DNA from: an uncultured Rhodoblastus sp.
Lineage (GTDB): Bacteria > Pseudomonadota > Alphaproteobacteria > Rhizobiales > Beijerinckiaceae
Assembly: GCA_964425315.1 (NCBI GenBank)
Contig: CAYRNB010000002.1
Span: 2,973 to 66,972 of the forward strand
Direction: 5' to 3'
Length of the DNA: 64,000 nt
The position numbers and the translations under genes were made by a program. The notes beneath the pieces were generated by a model. It worked only from the letters and a program-made list of their open reading frames with translations. It was not told where the DNA came from and did no database searches. Of the stretch, positions 32,684-44,625 are shown piece after piece (position 1 is the stretch's first letter; each line of letters begins with the position of its first letter).

Positions 32684-33718
32684 TTAGGAAGGACTCGCGG
32701 TCGCGGGCTCCGGCCCGGCTTTCGTGTCGATCAGCCGCAATTTGAGCCGTTTCAATCGCCGCGGATCGGCGTCCAATATATCGAATTCGAAGTCGCCATC
32801 GGGGCTGACGACCACTTCGCCACGGATCGGCACTCGCCCAGCGAATGCGGCGGCGAGGCCGCCGAGCGTGTCGACTTCCTCGCGTTGGCCGAGGCCGCCT
32901 AAATCCAGCCCGACCATTTCCGAGGCCTCCTCAAGTCCAACGCGCGCGTCCGCGATGAAAACGCCAGGCGCAACATTTTCTATTTTGGGATTTTCGTCGA
33001 AATCATGCTCGTCTTCAATGTCGCCCACGATCATTTCGACAATGTCCTCAATCGACACCAGGCCGTCCGTGCCGCCATATTCGTCGATCACCAGCGCCAT
33101 ATGGGTCCGGGTCGCCTGCATTTTTACCAGGAGGTCGAGCGCGGGCATCGACGGCGGCGCATAAAGCACCGGCCGCAAAATCCCTGCCGCTTCGAGCTTC
33201 ATCGAGAGATCGACTGGCGCATAGCGCGCCGCGGCCGCAGCCGGCGGCGTCCCTGGCGCCGAAGCGCTGTCGCTCGGTTGACCAGGCCGTTGCAAAAGGG
33301 AATTTTCGGCCGAAGCGGCGATGAAATCGACGAAATCGCGAATATGGACCATGCCGCGAGGATCATCGAGCGTTTCGCCATGAACGGGGAGGCGGGAATG
33401 GCCCGCCATCCGAAAGGTTACAAGCACTTCCGCCAAAGACACGTCAATTGGGACCGCGATTATATCCGCCCGCGGAACCATGACGTCGCGCACCCTGATT
33501 TCATGCAAGCCAAGCACGTTCTTGAGCATGGCCCGCTCCTGCGGGCTGAAATCATCGGCGAGCGAGGCGTCATCCAGAGCATCCTCGATATCGTCGCGAA
33601 TCGAAGCGCCGCTCAGGCCGAACAGGCCGCGCAAACGTTCCAGAACTGACCCTCCCGACCTACTCGAACTTCGCTCGTCAGATGACGGCCCTTCCGTTTC
33701 CCTTTCAGACGCGCTCAT
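32684..33718 (-). CDS. CBS-domain hemolysin/CorC family protein
   Basis: DVMVPRADI, GHSRLPV, VIDEYGGTDGLVSIEDIVE and a CorC C-terminal domain. Confidence 0.92.
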   Translation of the reverse strand: MSASERETEGPSSDERSSSRSGGSVLERLRGLFGLSGASIRDDIEDALDDASLADDFSPQERAMLKNVLGLHEIRVRDVMVPRADIIAVPIDVSLAEVLVTFRMAGHSRLPVHGETLDDPRGMVHIRDFVDFIAASAENSLLQRPGQPSDSASAPGTPPAAAAARYAPVDLSMKLEAAGILRPVLYAPPSMPALDLLVKMQATRTHMALVIDEYGGTDGLVSIEDIVEMIVGDIEDEHDFDENPKIENVAPGVFIADARVGLEEASEMVGLDLGGLGQREEVDTLGGLAAAFAGRVPIRGEVVVSPDGDFEFDILDADPRRLKRLKLRLIDTKAGPEPATASPS

Positions 33719-34208
33719 GGTCGACCGTCTTTTCCCTTTCCTCTTTTCCGTAGGGGTCGTCGAGGCCCAAACGCCGCAAAATGCGGATTTCCATCGCCTC
33801 CATCACCTCGGCTTCTTCATCGTCCTCATGATCGTATCCCAAAAGATGGAGAAAGCCGTGGGCAATCATATGGCGGCAATGATCATCGATGGTCTTGCCT
33901 TGTTCCCGAGCCTCACGCTCCACGGTTTCGTAAGCTATGGCGATGTCTCCAAGAAAATGACCGGATTCAAGGGACAAAGCGGCAGGAAAGGAGAGAACAT
34001 TGGTAGGTTTATCCTGACTGCGGAACTGTCGATTCAGCCCCCGAATACACTTGTCGTCACAAAAAAGCAGGCTGACCTCAGTCCCTTCCGGCAAATCTAT
34101 GCCGATTTCCTGCAATGAGGCCTGCAAACATTCCGAAATCAAGGAATCGAGGTCCGCCAGTTCGTCCCAGCTGGAGCAGTCGACCGCCGTTTCAATTGCC
34201 AGTCTCAT
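33705..34208 (-). CDS. ybeY: rRNA maturation endoribonuclease YbeY
   Basis: DKPTNVLSFP, LGDI and HGFLHLLGYDH motifs. Confidence 0.96.
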   Translation of the reverse strand: MRLAIETAVDCSSWDELADLDSLISECLQASLQEIGIDLPEGTEVSLLFCDDKCIRGLNRQFRSQDKPTNVLSFPAALSLESGHFLGDIAIAYETVEREAREQGKTIDDHCRHMIAHGFLHLLGYDHEDDEEAEVMEAMEIRILRRLGLDDPYGKEEREKTVDHERV

Positions 34209-35293
34209 GACGACCGATCCTTATCGCCATCCACACGCGGCGATGACGCCTCAATCGTCCGGCGCGTCTGGGTTTCATAGGCTCCAACGATCCGGCGCAC
34301 GAGGTCATGGCGAACCACGTCTTCTTCCCCTAAAGTGACGTGGCCGACGCCTTCCAATCCTGTCAGCAAAGCTATGGCCTCGTTCAAGCCCGGCCTTTGC
34401 CCCAGAGGAAGATCGGTTTGGGACGGGTCGCCTGTAACAACCATACGCGATCCTTCGCCCAACCGGGTAAGGAACATTTTCATCTGCATCGAGGTGGCGT
34501 TTTGCGCTTCATCCAGCAAGATGCAAGCATTGGACAAAGTCCGTCCTCGCATGAAAGCCAAAGGCGCGACCTCGATCATGCCGGTCTGCATCCCGCGCTC
34601 GAGCATCCGAGGATCCATGAAATCCTGTAAGGCGTCGTAAATCGGGCGCAGGTAGGGATCGACCTTTTCGCGCATGTCGCCGGGAAGAAATCCGAGCCTT
34701 TCGCCGGCTTCGACTGCCGGCCGCGACAGGATCAACCGCTCGACCGCGCCCTGTTCCAGCAGTGAGACCGCATGTCCGACGGCCAGCCACGTCTTGCCTG
34801 TGCCGGCGGGGCCGGCGGCGAAAACCAGCTCGTAACGCTTCAACTCGCGGATATAGAGATCTTGCGCTGCGGTGCGGGCTCGTACGACGCCCTTCTTGCG
34901 TGTCGAAATCTGCTCAAAATTCGACCTCGGCGAATAGGCCTCTCTGGGGAACAGATTGCCCTGGAAGGCGCATTCCTGGATCGCGCCGTCAACGTCGCCC
35001 AAAGTGGCGGGCTCCCCCGCCCTTGCTCGCCCGCACAAAATTTGCAGCACCCGCCGCGCATGGCCGGTTGCCTCGGGCGCCCCTTTGATGACGACATGAT
35101 TGCCATTCGCGTTCAACACGACATTGAGACGCCGCTCGATCCGCGCAAGATTCTGGTCGTAATGACCGAAAACCAAAGAGGCCGTGCGATTGTCGTCCAA
35201 AGCCAACGTCAAGTCCGTGGTTGATGCTTCCGGATTTTGGTCGGCCTTGCCTGGGTCGGAGTTCGGCGCTCCATCCGTGAGAGCCATGCTCAA
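34205..35293 (-). CDS. PhoH-family ATPase
   Basis: [38 protein letters not shown] and GDPSQTDL motifs. Confidence 0.96.
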   Translation of the reverse strand: MSMALTDGAPNSDPGKADQNPEASTTDLTLALDDNRTASLVFGHYDQNLARIERRLNVVLNANGNHVVIKGAPEATGHARRVLQILCGRARAGEPATLGDVDGAIQECAFQGNLFPREAYSPRSNFEQISTRKKGVVRARTAAQDLYIRELKRYELVFAAGPAGTGKTWLAVGHAVSLLEQGAVERLILSRPAVEAGERLGFLPGDMREKVDPYLRPIYDALQDFMDPRMLERGMQTGMIEVAPLAFMRGRTLSNACILLDEAQNATSMQMKMFLTRLGEGSRMVVTGDPSQTDLPLGQRPGLNEAIALLTGLEGVGHVTLGEEDVVRHDLVRRIVGAYETQTRRTIEASSPRVDGDKDRSS

Positions 35294-36738
35294 TTCGTCT
35301 CCCGCATCGGCGCGTCTAGCGAAAACTCATCCGTAAGGCGGCCAAAAAGCGAATTGGAGCCGCATTCGACGATTTTCACCGGAGCGACGCGTCCCATCAG
35401 CTCTTCCGGCGCCTCGACCTGCACGGCCTGAAGATACGGAGATTTGCCGGCGACTTGACCGGCGCGCCGGCCGGCTTTTTCGAACAGCACGTCAACCTCG
35501 CGTCCGACCATGGCGGCGTTGAAGGCTCGACGCTGCGCCTCAAGCGTCTCCTGAAGTCGCGCCAGTCTCTCAATCTTGACCTCTTCCGGCGTTTGCGCGG
35601 CAAGCTCAGCGCCTGGCGTTCCCGGTCGCGGCGAATATTTGAAATAAAAGGACGATGCGAACCCGGCCTCTTTCGCCAAAGACAAGGTGGCGGCGAAATC
35701 CGCCTCGGTCTCGCCGGGAAAGCCGACGATGAAATCGGAGGAAAGGGCGATATCGGGCCGCGCCCGGCGGATTCGTTCGACCAGGCGCAAATAGTCTGCG
35801 GCTTTGTGTCGCCTGTTCATCGCTTCGAGGATCCGATCCGATCCCGACTGCACCGGCAAATGCAGGAACGGCATCAAGACGGGCAATTCGGCATGAGCGC
35901 GGATGAGGTCATCCGTCATGTCGTTTGGGTGGCTGGTCGTGTAACGCAATCGCTCCAACCCCGGAACTTCGGCAAGACGATAAAGCAGTTGCGTCAGCGA
36001 CACTTCCTCGTCCTGTTCGTTCCGACCGCGATAGGCATTGACGTTCTGCCCCAACAAAGTGATTTCGCGCACGCCGGCGCGGGCGAGGATCGCCGCTTCG
36101 TCAAGGATTTTTTCGACCGTGCGCGAGTTTTCGGCGCCGCGCGTATAGGGGACGACACAAAAGGAACAGAACTTGTCGCAGCCCTCCTGGACCGTGAGGA
36201 AGGCGCTTGCGCCACGCTCGCGGATCTTTTCTTCGGACGGCCGAGCGAGGTGGTCGAACTTGTCTTCGATCGGAAATTCCGTGTCGATGACCGGTCCATG
36301 ATCCGATACCCGCAACATTCGCGGCAAATGGTGATAGCTTTGAGGGCCAACGACGAGATCGACCGCGCGTTGCTTGCGCAGGATTTCCGCGCCTTCGGCT
36401 TGAGCCACACATCCGGCGACAGCGATTTTCGTCGCCAGTCCGGCGGCTTTCCGCGCCTTTTTCAGCAAGCGCGCCTTACCCAGTTCGGAAAAAACCTTTT
36501 CCGAAGCTTTTTCACGGATGTGGCACGTGTTGAGGACGATCAGATCGGCCTCTTCCATAACTTTCGTTTCCGCAAAGCCTTCTGGCGCCAATACGTCCGC
36601 CATCCGCGCCGCGTCATAGACATTCATCTGGCAGCCGTAGGACTTGACGAAGAGCTTCTTCCCAGCGGTCGGCGCCGACGCTTCAACCCTGGTCCTATTC
36701 GCGGTTTCCGGCCAGCGGGAATTCGGATCGCTTTTCAA
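35290..36738 (-). CDS. miaB: tRNA-2-methylthio-N6-dimethylallyladenosine synthase
   Basis: [17 protein letters not shown], radical-SAM GCDKFCSFC and a TRAM domain. Confidence 0.97.
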   Translation of the reverse strand: MKSDPNSRWPETANRTRVEASAPTAGKKLFVKSYGCQMNVYDAARMADVLAPEGFAETKVMEEADLIVLNTCHIREKASEKVFSELGKARLLKKARKAAGLATKIAVAGCVAQAEGAEILRKQRAVDLVVGPQSYHHLPRMLRVSDHGPVIDTEFPIEDKFDHLARPSEEKIRERGASAFLTVQEGCDKFCSFCVVPYTRGAENSRTVEKILDEAAILARAGVREITLLGQNVNAYRGRNEQDEEVSLTQLLYRLAEVPGLERLRYTTSHPNDMTDDLIRAHAELPVLMPFLHLPVQSGSDRILEAMNRRHKAADYLRLVERIRRARPDIALSSDFIVGFPGETEADFAATLSLAKEAGFASSFYFKYSPRPGTPGAELAAQTPEEVKIERLARLQETLEAQRRAFNAAMVGREVDVLFEKAGRRAGQVAGKSPYLQAVQVEAPEELMGRVAPVKIVECGSNSLFGRLTDEFSLDAPMRETN

Positions 36739-36834
36739 AATCTAGAGGGGCCTCCGCGAAGTTGCCATCGCCTTATAGATAGTCGATTTTGCAGCATCCG
36801 ACAGGCGAAGCCAACAAATTTTACTTTTTGGCGG

Positions 36835-37620
36835 TCAAGGCGGGTCAAGCGTAGCGGCAAGTTCGCGCACCCGCCGTTCAGTTTCGAGGGCAATGGCCTT
36901 GCGATCGCTTTCGGCCGTAAAAGTGAGCGGCGCGCCAAAGCGAATGCGACATTCGACTGGCGCGCTTTTCAGCAAGATCCAAATATGCGGCGCAAGATCG
37001 GCGTCGCCAAACCAGGCGAGACGACGGCGGCCTTCCGTGTCGAGCGCCCTCCCCTGCGCATGCGTATAAGCAATCGCCGCGGGCTGAACCGTAACCGCCC
37101 GCGCCTGAGGATAAAGACGCAACAAATCGCGCGCCGCGGCGAAATGCGAGGGTTTGAAGGACAGGACGCCTTGCCCGTCGCTCGACGTCCCCTCTCCGAA
37201 CAGGAGAACGTCTTCGCCCTGCATCATTTTTGTCGCCATGGCGGCATTCACTCTCGGCACATCGGCGCGGCTGCCACGGCGAACGAAAATCGTGTCCTGG
37301 ACGCGCGCGAAAGCGCCGAGAAGCGGCCAGCCGGCGACCTCGCTTTTGGCGACAAAGCAAGGCGTCTCTATGCTGGCCAAGGCGAGGATGTCGCTCCAGG
37401 AAACATGATTCGACACAATCATGCGCGGCTTGGACCCGGTTTGACCGCCCTCGAACCGGACGCGCAGCCCCAACAAGGCGCATATCGTTCGGGCGAAAAA
37501 AGGCGGAATGAACTGCGCCATAGGCCAGCTGCGCCGACGCGCCAATCGCTGCAGCGGGACGCCCAGCAGGTAAAATCCCAGCAAAGCGAGAATAAGGAAA
37601 AACGCGCGAAAATAGGCCAT
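36835..37620 (-). CDS. Lysophospholipid acyltransferase (PlsC/OlsA-like)
   Basis: VSNHVSWSD, FVAKSEV and FGEGTSS motifs. Position next to miaB resembles olsA in rhizobia (recalled synteny). Confidence 0.88.
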   Translation of the reverse strand: MAYFRAFFLILALLGFYLLGVPLQRLARRRSWPMAQFIPPFFARTICALLGLRVRFEGGQTGSKPRMIVSNHVSWSDILALASIETPCFVAKSEVAGWPLLGAFARVQDTIFVRRGSRADVPRVNAAMATKMMQGEDVLLFGEGTSSDGQGVLSFKPSHFAAARDLLRLYPQARAVTVQPAAIAYTHAQGRALDTEGRRRLAWFGDADLAPHIWILLKSAPVECRIRFGAPLTFTAESDRKAIALETERRVRELAATLDPP

Positions 37621-37686
37621 GCGCGCCCGTTAGGGGCAGGACGTGACGGATTTATGTCAACTTGCATGGCCAGCAACGCCGAGGCC

Positions 37687-38172
37687 TTACGTCAGGACAC
37701 GAACCATGATCAAGGCGTTGGCGCGCGTCCCGTCCGGCATTTGGTAATAACCCTTGCGCGTTCCCTTTTCGATAAAACCCTGACGACGATAAAGCGCCAA
37801 GGCCGCTCCATTTTGCTCGTCGACTTCGAGAAAGAGCTTCTGAACGCCCATGCTCGCAAGGCGCGACAAATGTGTTGAAAGCAACCTTTGGCCGAAGCCG
37901 CCCCGCCTTTGGCGGAGATCGACGACAATTGTCAGAATCTCCGCCTCGTCGAGAGCACGTCGCGAAAGAACGAAGCCGACTAGCCCCGACGCCGTTTCGA
38001 TGGCTTCGCCGGCGCAGGCTGGATCAATCAGCAGGGCTTCGAATTCCGGACCAGACCAGGAATGCGCGAAGCTCGCTCGGTGCAGGCCAGCACAAGCCGC
38101 GGCATCTGACGGATGCAGCGCCCGGAGCGTTGCTGATTCGGGGCGCCGACGCCAAAAAAACAAAGACTTCAT
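37687..38172 (-). CDS. rimI: GNAT acetyltransferase, RimI-like
   Basis: DEAEILTIVV..RRGGFG, LFLEVDEQN and RKGYY motifs. Downstream of tsaB. Confidence 0.88.
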   Translation of the reverse strand: MKSLFFWRRRPESATLRALHPSDAAACAGLHRASFAHSWSGPEFEALLIDPACAGEAIETASGLVGFVLSRRALDEAEILTIVVDLRQRRGGFGQRLLSTHLSRLASMGVQKLFLEVDEQNGAALALYRRQGFIEKGTRKGYYQMPDGTRANALIMVRVLT

Positions 38173-38858
38173 GCGGATGCTAACGGCAAAGCCTGGTTCG
38201 CCATTGGCTTGACGTCAGGCGCCTTAAGATAAAGCGGCTGCGCCGGCGCATTGGTCGGATCTGCCACAAATCCGAGGCGCGCCACCGCAACAATGTCCGG
38301 CGCCGGCATTGCGCTCAAGACCGCGATCTCGATTCCGATGGCCGCCGCCGCGTCCCGGAGCAGCGGAGCGCCCGCGCCGACCGCTCTAATCCGACCGCGG
38401 CCCAACAGCCGGCACGCGTCCTGCAAAGAAAGAAGACGTGGTGAGGTCAGCACACGCCCGCCTGGCCCGAAAGCCGCAAAATAAACATGGCCATGCCGCG
38501 CTTCGAGCACGGCGGCAAGGACGCCTTCCGCCCCACCATCAAGCAGAGGCGCAGCAAATGCGGAGAGAGTGGAGACGCCAACCGCCGGGATTCCACGCGC
38601 AAGCGCGAGTCCCCGGGCCGCCGCGACGCCAATGCGTATCCCTGTGAACGAACCAGGTCCAACGGTCACTGCGATCCGATCGAGCGAGGCGAAGCCGTCT
38701 CCCGCACGCTCCATGACTTCAGCAAGCAGCGGCATCAGCGCCTCAGCGTGACCCCGGTCCATGGCGCGGGATTCACAAACGATCGGCCGCTCCGCCCCCT
38801 CATCCAGAATGCAGGCGGAAACAGCGGGCAAAGCGGTATCGAGGGCAAGAATCCGCAT
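38169..38858 (-). CDS. tsaB: tRNA threonylcarbamoyladenosine biosynthesis protein TsaB
   Basis: ILALDT, RGHAEALMP and GPGSFTGIRIG motifs. Confidence 0.96.
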   Translation of the reverse strand: MRILALDTALPAVSACILDEGAERPIVCESRAMDRGHAEALMPLLAEVMERAGDGFASLDRIAVTVGPGSFTGIRIGVAAARGLALARGIPAVGVSTLSAFAAPLLDGGAEGVLAAVLEARHGHVYFAAFGPGGRVLTSPRLLSLQDACRLLGRGRIRAVGAGAPLLRDAAAAIGIEIAVLSAMPAPDIVAVARLGFVADPTNAPAQPLYLKAPDVKPMANQALPLASA

Positions 38859-38901
38859 ATAACTCAGGGTCCGGGGCCCTTGACGCGTAAGCCCGGCGTC
38901 G

Positions 38902-39462
38902 TCACGCTTCCTGCACCTCTTTGACCTCTGGCAGGAAATGGCACAAGAGATTTTGGATTCCCCGCTTGAGCGTCGCAGTAGACGACGGGCATCCAGAACA
39001 AGCGCCTTTCATCTTCAAATAAACAATACCTTCCTTGAAGCCGCGGAAGACAATGTCGCCGCCATCGCCGGCGACGGCGGGACGCACGCGCGTATCCAGC
39101 AAATCCTTGATCGCCGCTACGACTTCCGCATCTTCAGGCGCGAAAAACTCGTCTCGCTGCGCGTCGGCGGACGACGCTCCCGGCGAAAGGACCGGCCCTC
39201 CGGACATGAAGTGCTCCATGATCACGCCGAGAACCGCCGGTTTGAGATGCTGCCATTCGCCGGCCGATTTGGTTACGGAAATGAAATCCGGCCCCAAGAA
39301 GACGCCGCTGACGCCGTCTATGCAGAAAAGCGCGCTGGCCAACGGCGAATCCTGCGCCTCTTCAGCGTTCCGCATGTCGCGCGAGCCATTTTCGAGAACG
39401 GGACCCCCGGGCAGGAATTTCAGGGTCGCCGGATTAGGCGTGGCTTCAGTCTGAATAAACAT
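38902..39462 (-). CDS. NifU/NfuA-family Fe-S carrier
   Basis: MFIQTEATPNPATLKFLPG, VRPAVAGDGGDI and GACSGCPSS motifs. Confidence 0.94.
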   Translation of the reverse strand: MFIQTEATPNPATLKFLPGGPVLENGSRDMRNAEEAQDSPLASALFCIDGVSGVFLGPDFISVTKSAGEWQHLKPAVLGVIMEHFMSGGPVLSPGASSADAQRDEFFAPEDAEVVAAIKDLLDTRVRPAVAGDGGDIVFRGFKEGIVYLKMKGACSGCPSSTATLKRGIQNLLCHFLPEVKEVQEA

Positions 39463-39565
39463 TTGCGCCTCCGAATTCATCCGGTTCAAGGCCGGAGATG
39501 GGATTATGCTGAGATAGGTCTTCAACAGCCTTGTGGAAGAGGAAAGGCCGGGAAAAACCTCATTT

Positions 39566-40600
39566 TCAATGAATCAGCCCCAGAATATCCTTGACCTGAT
39601 CCATAACCGGTCTGGCGATCTTGCGGGCCCGTTGCGCGCCATCGCGGAGAACAGAATCGATGTAGCCCGGATCGTCTTCGAGCCGCCGCATTTCCTCGCC
39701 AATCGGCCCCAACTTGGCGACCGCGAGATCAACCAAGGCGCTCTTAAAAGCGGAAAATTGCGCGCCGCCGAATTGCCGCAGCACGTTTTCGAGCGAAGAA
39801 TCGCTCAGCGCAGCGTAAATTCCAAGGAGATTTTCCGCCTCGGGCCGTCCGGCAAGACCTTCTACGGCGCTAGGGAGCGGTTCCGGGTCGGTTTTGGCTT
39901 TGCGAACTTTTTGCGCGATGACGTCTGCGTCATCGGAGAGGTTAATGCGCGAATAATCAGAAAGATCCGACTTCGACATCTTCTTGGAGCCATCGCGCAA
40001 GCTCATTACGCGCGCCGCAGGTCCCTGGATAAGAGGCTCCGGCAGCGGAAAGTAAGGGCCCTGACAGCCGTTCGCCAAGATGGAAGCGGCGAAATCGTTG
40101 TTGAATTTCTGAGCAATGTCGCGCGCCAGTTCGATATGCTGTTTTTGGTCTTCTCCAACGGGCACATGAGTGGCTCGGTAGAGCAAGATGTCCGCAGCCA
40201 TCAAAGTGGGATAAGCAAAGAGGCCGATCGATGCATTTTCTCGATCCTTGCCGGCCTTCTCCTTAAATTGAGTCATGCGATTGAGCCAACCGATGCGGGC
40301 GATGCAATTGAACACCCAAGCGAGTTCGGCATGTTCCGCAACCTGGCTTTGATTGAATATGATGTTTCTGACCGGATCGATCCCCGACGCGATATAAGCG
40401 GCGGCGATTTTTCGGATCGCCTGCCTTAATTCGCCCGGATCCTGCGGGACTGTAATCGCATGGAGATCGACAACGCAGAAAAGACACTCATGCGTCCTCT
40501 GCAAAGCGACGAATTTCACAATCGCGCCCAGATAATTGCCAAGATGCAAATTGCCGGTGGGCTGAATTCCGGAGAAGACCCGTTCGGGAAAAGCTGTCAT
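39566..40600 (-). CDS. trpS: Tryptophanyl-tRNA synthetase
   Basis: [15 protein letters not shown] (HIGH-like), [10 protein letters not shown] and KMSKS motifs. Confidence 0.97.
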   Translation of the reverse strand: MTAFPERVFSGIQPTGNLHLGNYLGAIVKFVALQRTHECLFCVVDLHAITVPQDPGELRQAIRKIAAAYIASGIDPVRNIIFNQSQVAEHAELAWVFNCIARIGWLNRMTQFKEKAGKDRENASIGLFAYPTLMAADILLYRATHVPVGEDQKQHIELARDIAQKFNNDFAASILANGCQGPYFPLPEPLIQGPAARVMSLRDGSKKMSKSDLSDYSRINLSDDADVIAQKVRKAKTDPEPLPSAVEGLAGRPEAENLLGIYAALSDSSLENVLRQFGGAQFSAFKSALVDLAVAKLGPIGEEMRRLEDDPGYIDSVLRDGAQRARKIARPVMDQVKDILGLIH

Positions 40601-40808
40601 CGCGGTACGGTTGGAAGGTGAATTCCGCCGTCTTATGGCTGCAGCGCGACCCTCTGGCAAGGGCCGCTCCCGCCATAGCGGCCGATTCTCGCCTTTTCGA
40701 CGGACCAAGCGGCCGACCCGCGAAGGCAAAACGATGATGGCGGTGATGAATGGTTCTCGGCGGGCTTATCGTGAACGGACTCTGTGATCTTGCCGCTCCG
40801 AGCGACGC

Positions 40809-42110
40809 TCATAAGATGTAGCGGCTCAGATCGATGTTGCGCGCAAGATCGCCGACGCGGCTTTCGACATATTCGCCATCGATCGTCACCTCATGGCCGG
40901 AATTGTCTCCTGCGGCAAAGCTTACGTCATCGAGCACGCGCTCCATAACCGTTTGTAAGCGCCTTGCGCCAATATTTTCGACACTCGCGTTAACATGCGC
41001 CGCCACGCGAGCCAGCGCATCGACCGCATCTTCGGTAAAGGACAAATTGACGCCCTCCGTGCCGAGCAAGGCGCAATATTGCTTGACGAGACTGGCCTCC
41101 GGCTGCGTCAAAATGCGCTTGAAATCTTCTTCGTCGAGGGACGACAGCTCCACGCGGATAGGCAGGCGACCTTGTAATTCCGGCAGGAGATCGGAAGGTT
41201 TGGCCACATGGAAGGCGCCGGAAGCGATAAAAAGAATGTGGTCGGTCTTTATCGCCCCGTGTTTCGTCGCGACGGTCGTGCCTTCGATCAAAGGCAAGAG
41301 ATCGCGCTGCACGCCTTCGCGCGACACGTCGGCGCCGCGTCCGTCGCGCGCACATATTTTGTCGATTTCGTCGAGGAAAACGATGCCATTGTTTTCCACT
41401 TCCCGGATCGCCACACGAACGATTTGTTCCTGATCGAGCAATTTTTCGCTTTCTTCAGCCTGCAATGGCGCATAGGCGTCCCTCACCGCCAATCTCTGGA
41501 GCTTTGGCCGACTCGATTTTCCGAAAATGTCGCCAAGGGAAATCGCCCCGATTGACGCGCCAGGCATGTTGGGCAGTTCGAACATCGGCATGGCGGGATT
41601 GGCGGACGAACTGATTTCTATGTCGATTTCCTTGTCCTCCAATTCGCCGGCGCGCAATTTCTTCCGAAAAGAATCTCGGGTGGCCGGACTGGCGTTGGTT
41701 CCGACCAAAGCCGTGACGATTCTCTCTTCCGCGGCCAGTTGCGCCCGCGCCGTCACGTCCTTGCGTTTGCCCTCCTTCACCAAGGAAATGCCGATTTCAA
41801 CCAAATCGCGCACGATCTGCTCGACATCGCGGCCGACATAACCAACTTCGGTAAATTTGGTCGCCTCGACCTTGAGAAAGGGCGCATTGGCGAGACGCGC
41901 CAGGCGGCGGGCGATTTCGGTCTTTCCGCAGCCCGTAGGGCCGATCATCAGAATGTTTTTCGGCAAGACCTCCTCGCGCATCGATCCTTCGAGTCGCAGA
42001 CGCCGCCACCGATTGCGGAGCGCGATCGCCACCGCCCGCTTCGCCTCCTTTTGGCCGACAATGAAACGATCAAGCTCTGAAACAATTTCGCGTGGAGAAA
42101 GGTCGGTCAT
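40809..42110 (-). CDS. hslU: HslUV protease ATPase subunit
   Basis: [28 protein letters not shown] and [10 protein letters not shown] motifs. Confidence 0.98.
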   Translation of the reverse strand: MTDLSPREIVSELDRFIVGQKEAKRAVAIALRNRWRRLRLEGSMREEVLPKNILMIGPTGCGKTEIARRLARLANAPFLKVEATKFTEVGYVGRDVEQIVRDLVEIGISLVKEGKRKDVTARAQLAAEERIVTALVGTNASPATRDSFRKKLRAGELEDKEIDIEISSSANPAMPMFELPNMPGASIGAISLGDIFGKSSRPKLQRLAVRDAYAPLQAEESEKLLDQEQIVRVAIREVENNGIVFLDEIDKICARDGRGADVSREGVQRDLLPLIEGTTVATKHGAIKTDHILFIASGAFHVAKPSDLLPELQGRLPIRVELSSLDEEDFKRILTQPEASLVKQYCALLGTEGVNLSFTEDAVDALARVAAHVNASVENIGARRLQTVMERVLDDVSFAAGDNSGHEVTIDGEYVESRVGDLARNIDLSRYIL

Positions 42111-42141
42111 GCACTCGCGCCTGGAGCTGGATTTCTGTTGA

Positions 42142-42711
42142 TCAAAGCGATTCGACGCTTTCGACAATAATATTGGTATTGGTGTAGACGCAGATTTCTG
42201 CGGCTATCTGAAGGGCGCGCCGGGCGATTGCTTCCGCTTCCAGCGAAGAATCCAGCAAAGCGCGCCCGGCGGCCAGAGCATAATTCCCGCCGGAACCGAT
42301 CCCCATGACGGCTCCATCAGCACTCTGTTCTGGCTCTAACACGTCCCCGTTTCCGGTAAGGACCAGGGCCGCGTTCTTGTCCGCCACCAGCATCATCGCC
42401 TCCAGCCGGCGCAAATAACGATCTGTTCGCCAGTCTTTGGCGAGTTCCACGCAAGCGCGCAAGAGCGAGCCCGGATATTGCTCGAGCTTGGCTTCGAGTC
42501 GTTCGCATAGGGTGAATGCGTCGGCGGTGGCGCCGGCGAAACCAACTATGACCTGGCCTTTGCCCAGGCGTCGCACCTTGCGCGCATTGCCCTTGATGAT
42601 CGTCTGACCGAGGCTCACCTGGCCATCCCCCGCAATCACGGTCTTGCCGCCCTTGCGAACCAGAACAATGGTCGTCGCGTGCATGGAAGAATGATTCTGT
42701 TGATCGGTCAT
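42142..42711 (-). CDS. hslV: HslUV protease peptidase subunit
   Basis: HA-TTI (N-terminal Thr nucleophile), [18 protein letters not shown] and GSGGNYA motifs. Confidence 0.97.
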   Translation of the reverse strand: MTDQQNHSSMHATTIVLVRKGGKTVIAGDGQVSLGQTIIKGNARKVRRLGKGQVIVGFAGATADAFTLCERLEAKLEQYPGSLLRACVELAKDWRTDRYLRRLEAMMLVADKNAALVLTGNGDVLEPEQSADGAVMGIGSGGNYALAAGRALLDSSLEAEAIARRALQIAAEICVYTNTNIIVESVESL

Positions 42712-42862
42712 GCGCAGCTTTCCGGCGGGGAACGAATCGTTCAGTCTTTGCCAGCGCATCTATTGCGCCGCCGTCGCCGATACAAGGCGGGCGCATCGAA
42801 CAGTGGCGAATGGACGTGACTTTTGCTACAAGCCACCCAGCCGCAGGGCAAGGGAAAGAAAG

Positions 42863-43453
42863 ATGACGCGCCAGGCTGAAATCAAGCGCAAGACAAAAGA
42901 AACCGACATTTCCGTGAAATTGACAATCGACGGATCGGGGCTCGGCAAGATTGCGACCGGAATCGGTTTTTTTGACCATATGCTCGATCAGCTTGCTCGC
43001 CATTCCCTGATGGACATCGAAGTTGCGGCTAAAGGCGACCTCCATATCGACCAGCATCACACCGTCGAAGACGTCGGCATTGTTCTCGGCCAGGCTCTGC
43101 GCAAAGCCCTCGGCGATTCCCGCGGAATCATGCGCTATGCAGACGTCTGCCTGCCGATGGATGAAACCATGACACGTGTTGCCGTCGATGTTTCAGGGCG
43201 ACCGTTTCTGGTTTTCCGCACCCATTTCCCGCAAGCCAGAATTGGCGAGTTCGATACCGAACTGGTGCGCGAGTTCTTTCAGGCTTTCGCGCAGAACGCC
43301 GCCATGGCCCTTCATATCGAGACGCTGTACGGATTAAATAGTCACCACATTGCGGAAACCTGCTTTAAGGGCGTGGCGCGCGCCCTGAGATCCGCTCTCA
43401 CCGTCGATCCGCGCCAGGGCGACCGCGTTCCTTCCACCAAAGGAACGCTTTAA
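42863..43453 (+). CDS. hisB: Imidazoleglycerol-phosphate dehydratase
   Basis: [30 protein letters not shown] and PSTKG motifs. Confidence 0.98.
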   Translation: MTRQAEIKRKTKETDISVKLTIDGSGLGKIATGIGFFDHMLDQLARHSLMDIEVAAKGDLHIDQHHTVEDVGIVLGQALRKALGDSRGIMRYADVCLPMDETMTRVAVDVSGRPFLVFRTHFPQARIGEFDTELVREFFQAFAQNAAMALHIETLYGLNSHHIAETCFKGVARALRSALTVDPRQGDRVPSTKGTL

Positions 43454-43471
43454 ACTCGGCCAGGAATCGTT

Positions 43472-43978
43472 ATGCGGCTATATGCAGTCTTCCTTCCGCC
43501 CAATCAGGCGCCGCTGGCCGCCGCCGATAAAGCAGAGCTGGTGCCGCAGGGATTTAGTTGGGGGGCTTTCCTGCTCACGCCGTTCTGGGCGATGCGGCAA
43601 AGGCTGTGGCTTGCCTTCGCGCTTTGGCTGTTTTGGGTTTTTGTGGTCGCCTGCGCCGCCTTTTTCGGCCATTTGAGAGTGAATTTGGTCGTTTCGATTT
43701 ATGCGCTCGGAGCCCTCGCCTTTGGGTTTGAGGCCGACCGGTTCCACGAAGCGCGCCTCGCCCGATCCGGATTTCTATTGCAAGGGCTGGCGCTTGGCAG
43801 GTCACTTGCAGAAGCTGAGCGCTTCTATTTCAGGCGTCGCCCTAAATTCGGAGGCAAACCGCCCCCCTTTGGCGCGCAAATGGCGCGCGCGCCTGTCGAC
43901 CCCGGCGACTCGCCGAAAGCGACCACGGGCGAAGCTGACTTCCTCGGCTTATTTCCCCCCCGGGAGACGGGAAATTGA
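43472..43978 (+). CDS. DUF2628-family membrane protein
   Basis: [23 protein letters not shown], hydrophobic. Usual position between hisB and hisH. Confidence 0.8.
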   Translation: MRLYAVFLPPNQAPLAAADKAELVPQGFSWGAFLLTPFWAMRQRLWLAFALWLFWVFVVACAAFFGHLRVNLVVSIYALGALAFGFEADRFHEARLARSGFLLQGLALGRSLAEAERFYFRRRPKFGGKPPPFGAQMARAPVDPGDSPKATTGEADFLGLFPPRETGN

Positions 43979-44625
43979 GCGTCGCCATCATCGATTATGG
44001 CTCAGGCAATCTGCATTCCGCGGCAAAAGCGTTCGAACGGGCCGCTCGTGAAGCCGCGCTGGCGACGCCAATCCTTGTCACCAGTGATCCCAATGAGGTC
44101 CGGCGCGCCGATCGGGTGGTCTTGCCCGGCGTGGGCGCTTTTGCTGATTGTCGGCGCGGTCTGCTCGCGATGAACGGCATGGTGGAAGCCATGACCGAAG
44201 CGGTGGAAAAGCGCGGCGCGCCCTTTCTCGGCATATGCGTCGGGATGCAATTACTGGCCGAACGCGGGCTTGAGCACGGCGTGACGCCGGGCCTTGGATG
44301 GATCGCCGGAGAGGTTGCGCCGATCGAACCCAAAGATCCGAACCTGAAAATTCCGCATATGGGATGGAATAATCTCTCTTTGACTCGTCCGCACGCCGTG
44401 TTGCAAGACATTCCGACCGGGGACGAAGGACTTCACGCCTATTTCGTCCATTCTTACCATCTTCGGGTCGCCAACCCCGACGATCTGGTGGCTACGACCG
44501 ATTATGGCTCGGCTTTGACGGCCATCGTCGGACGCGACACGATCGTCGGCGTCCAGTTTCACCCTGAAAAGAGCCAGAAATTGGGTTTGCGACTTATTTC
44601 CAACTTTCTGCGGTGGCGTCCGTGA
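43975..44625 (+). CDS. hisH: Imidazole glycerol phosphate synthase, glutaminase subunit
   Basis: [27 protein letters not shown] and QFHPEKS motifs. Confidence 0.98.
   Translation: MSVAIIDYGSGNLHSAAKAFERAAREAALATPILVTSDPNEVRRADRVVLPGVGAFADCRRGLLAMNGMVEAMTEAVEKRGAPFLGICVGMQLLAERGLEHGVTPGLGWIAGEVAPIEPKDPNLKIPHMGWNNLSLTRPHAVLQDIPTGDEGLHAYFVHSYHLRVANPDDLVATTDYGSALTAIVGRDTIVGVQFHPEKSQKLGLRLISNFLRWRP

Noticed and set aside
35455-37878. 807-aa plus-strand ORF (likewise 22596-24542, 1315-2841, 6301-7611 and similar)
   Set aside because: These are antisense shadows of well-supported genes (miaB/plsC/rimI, coaBC, purL, lysA). They have no motifs, and long stop-free antisense frames are expected in GC-rich DNA.
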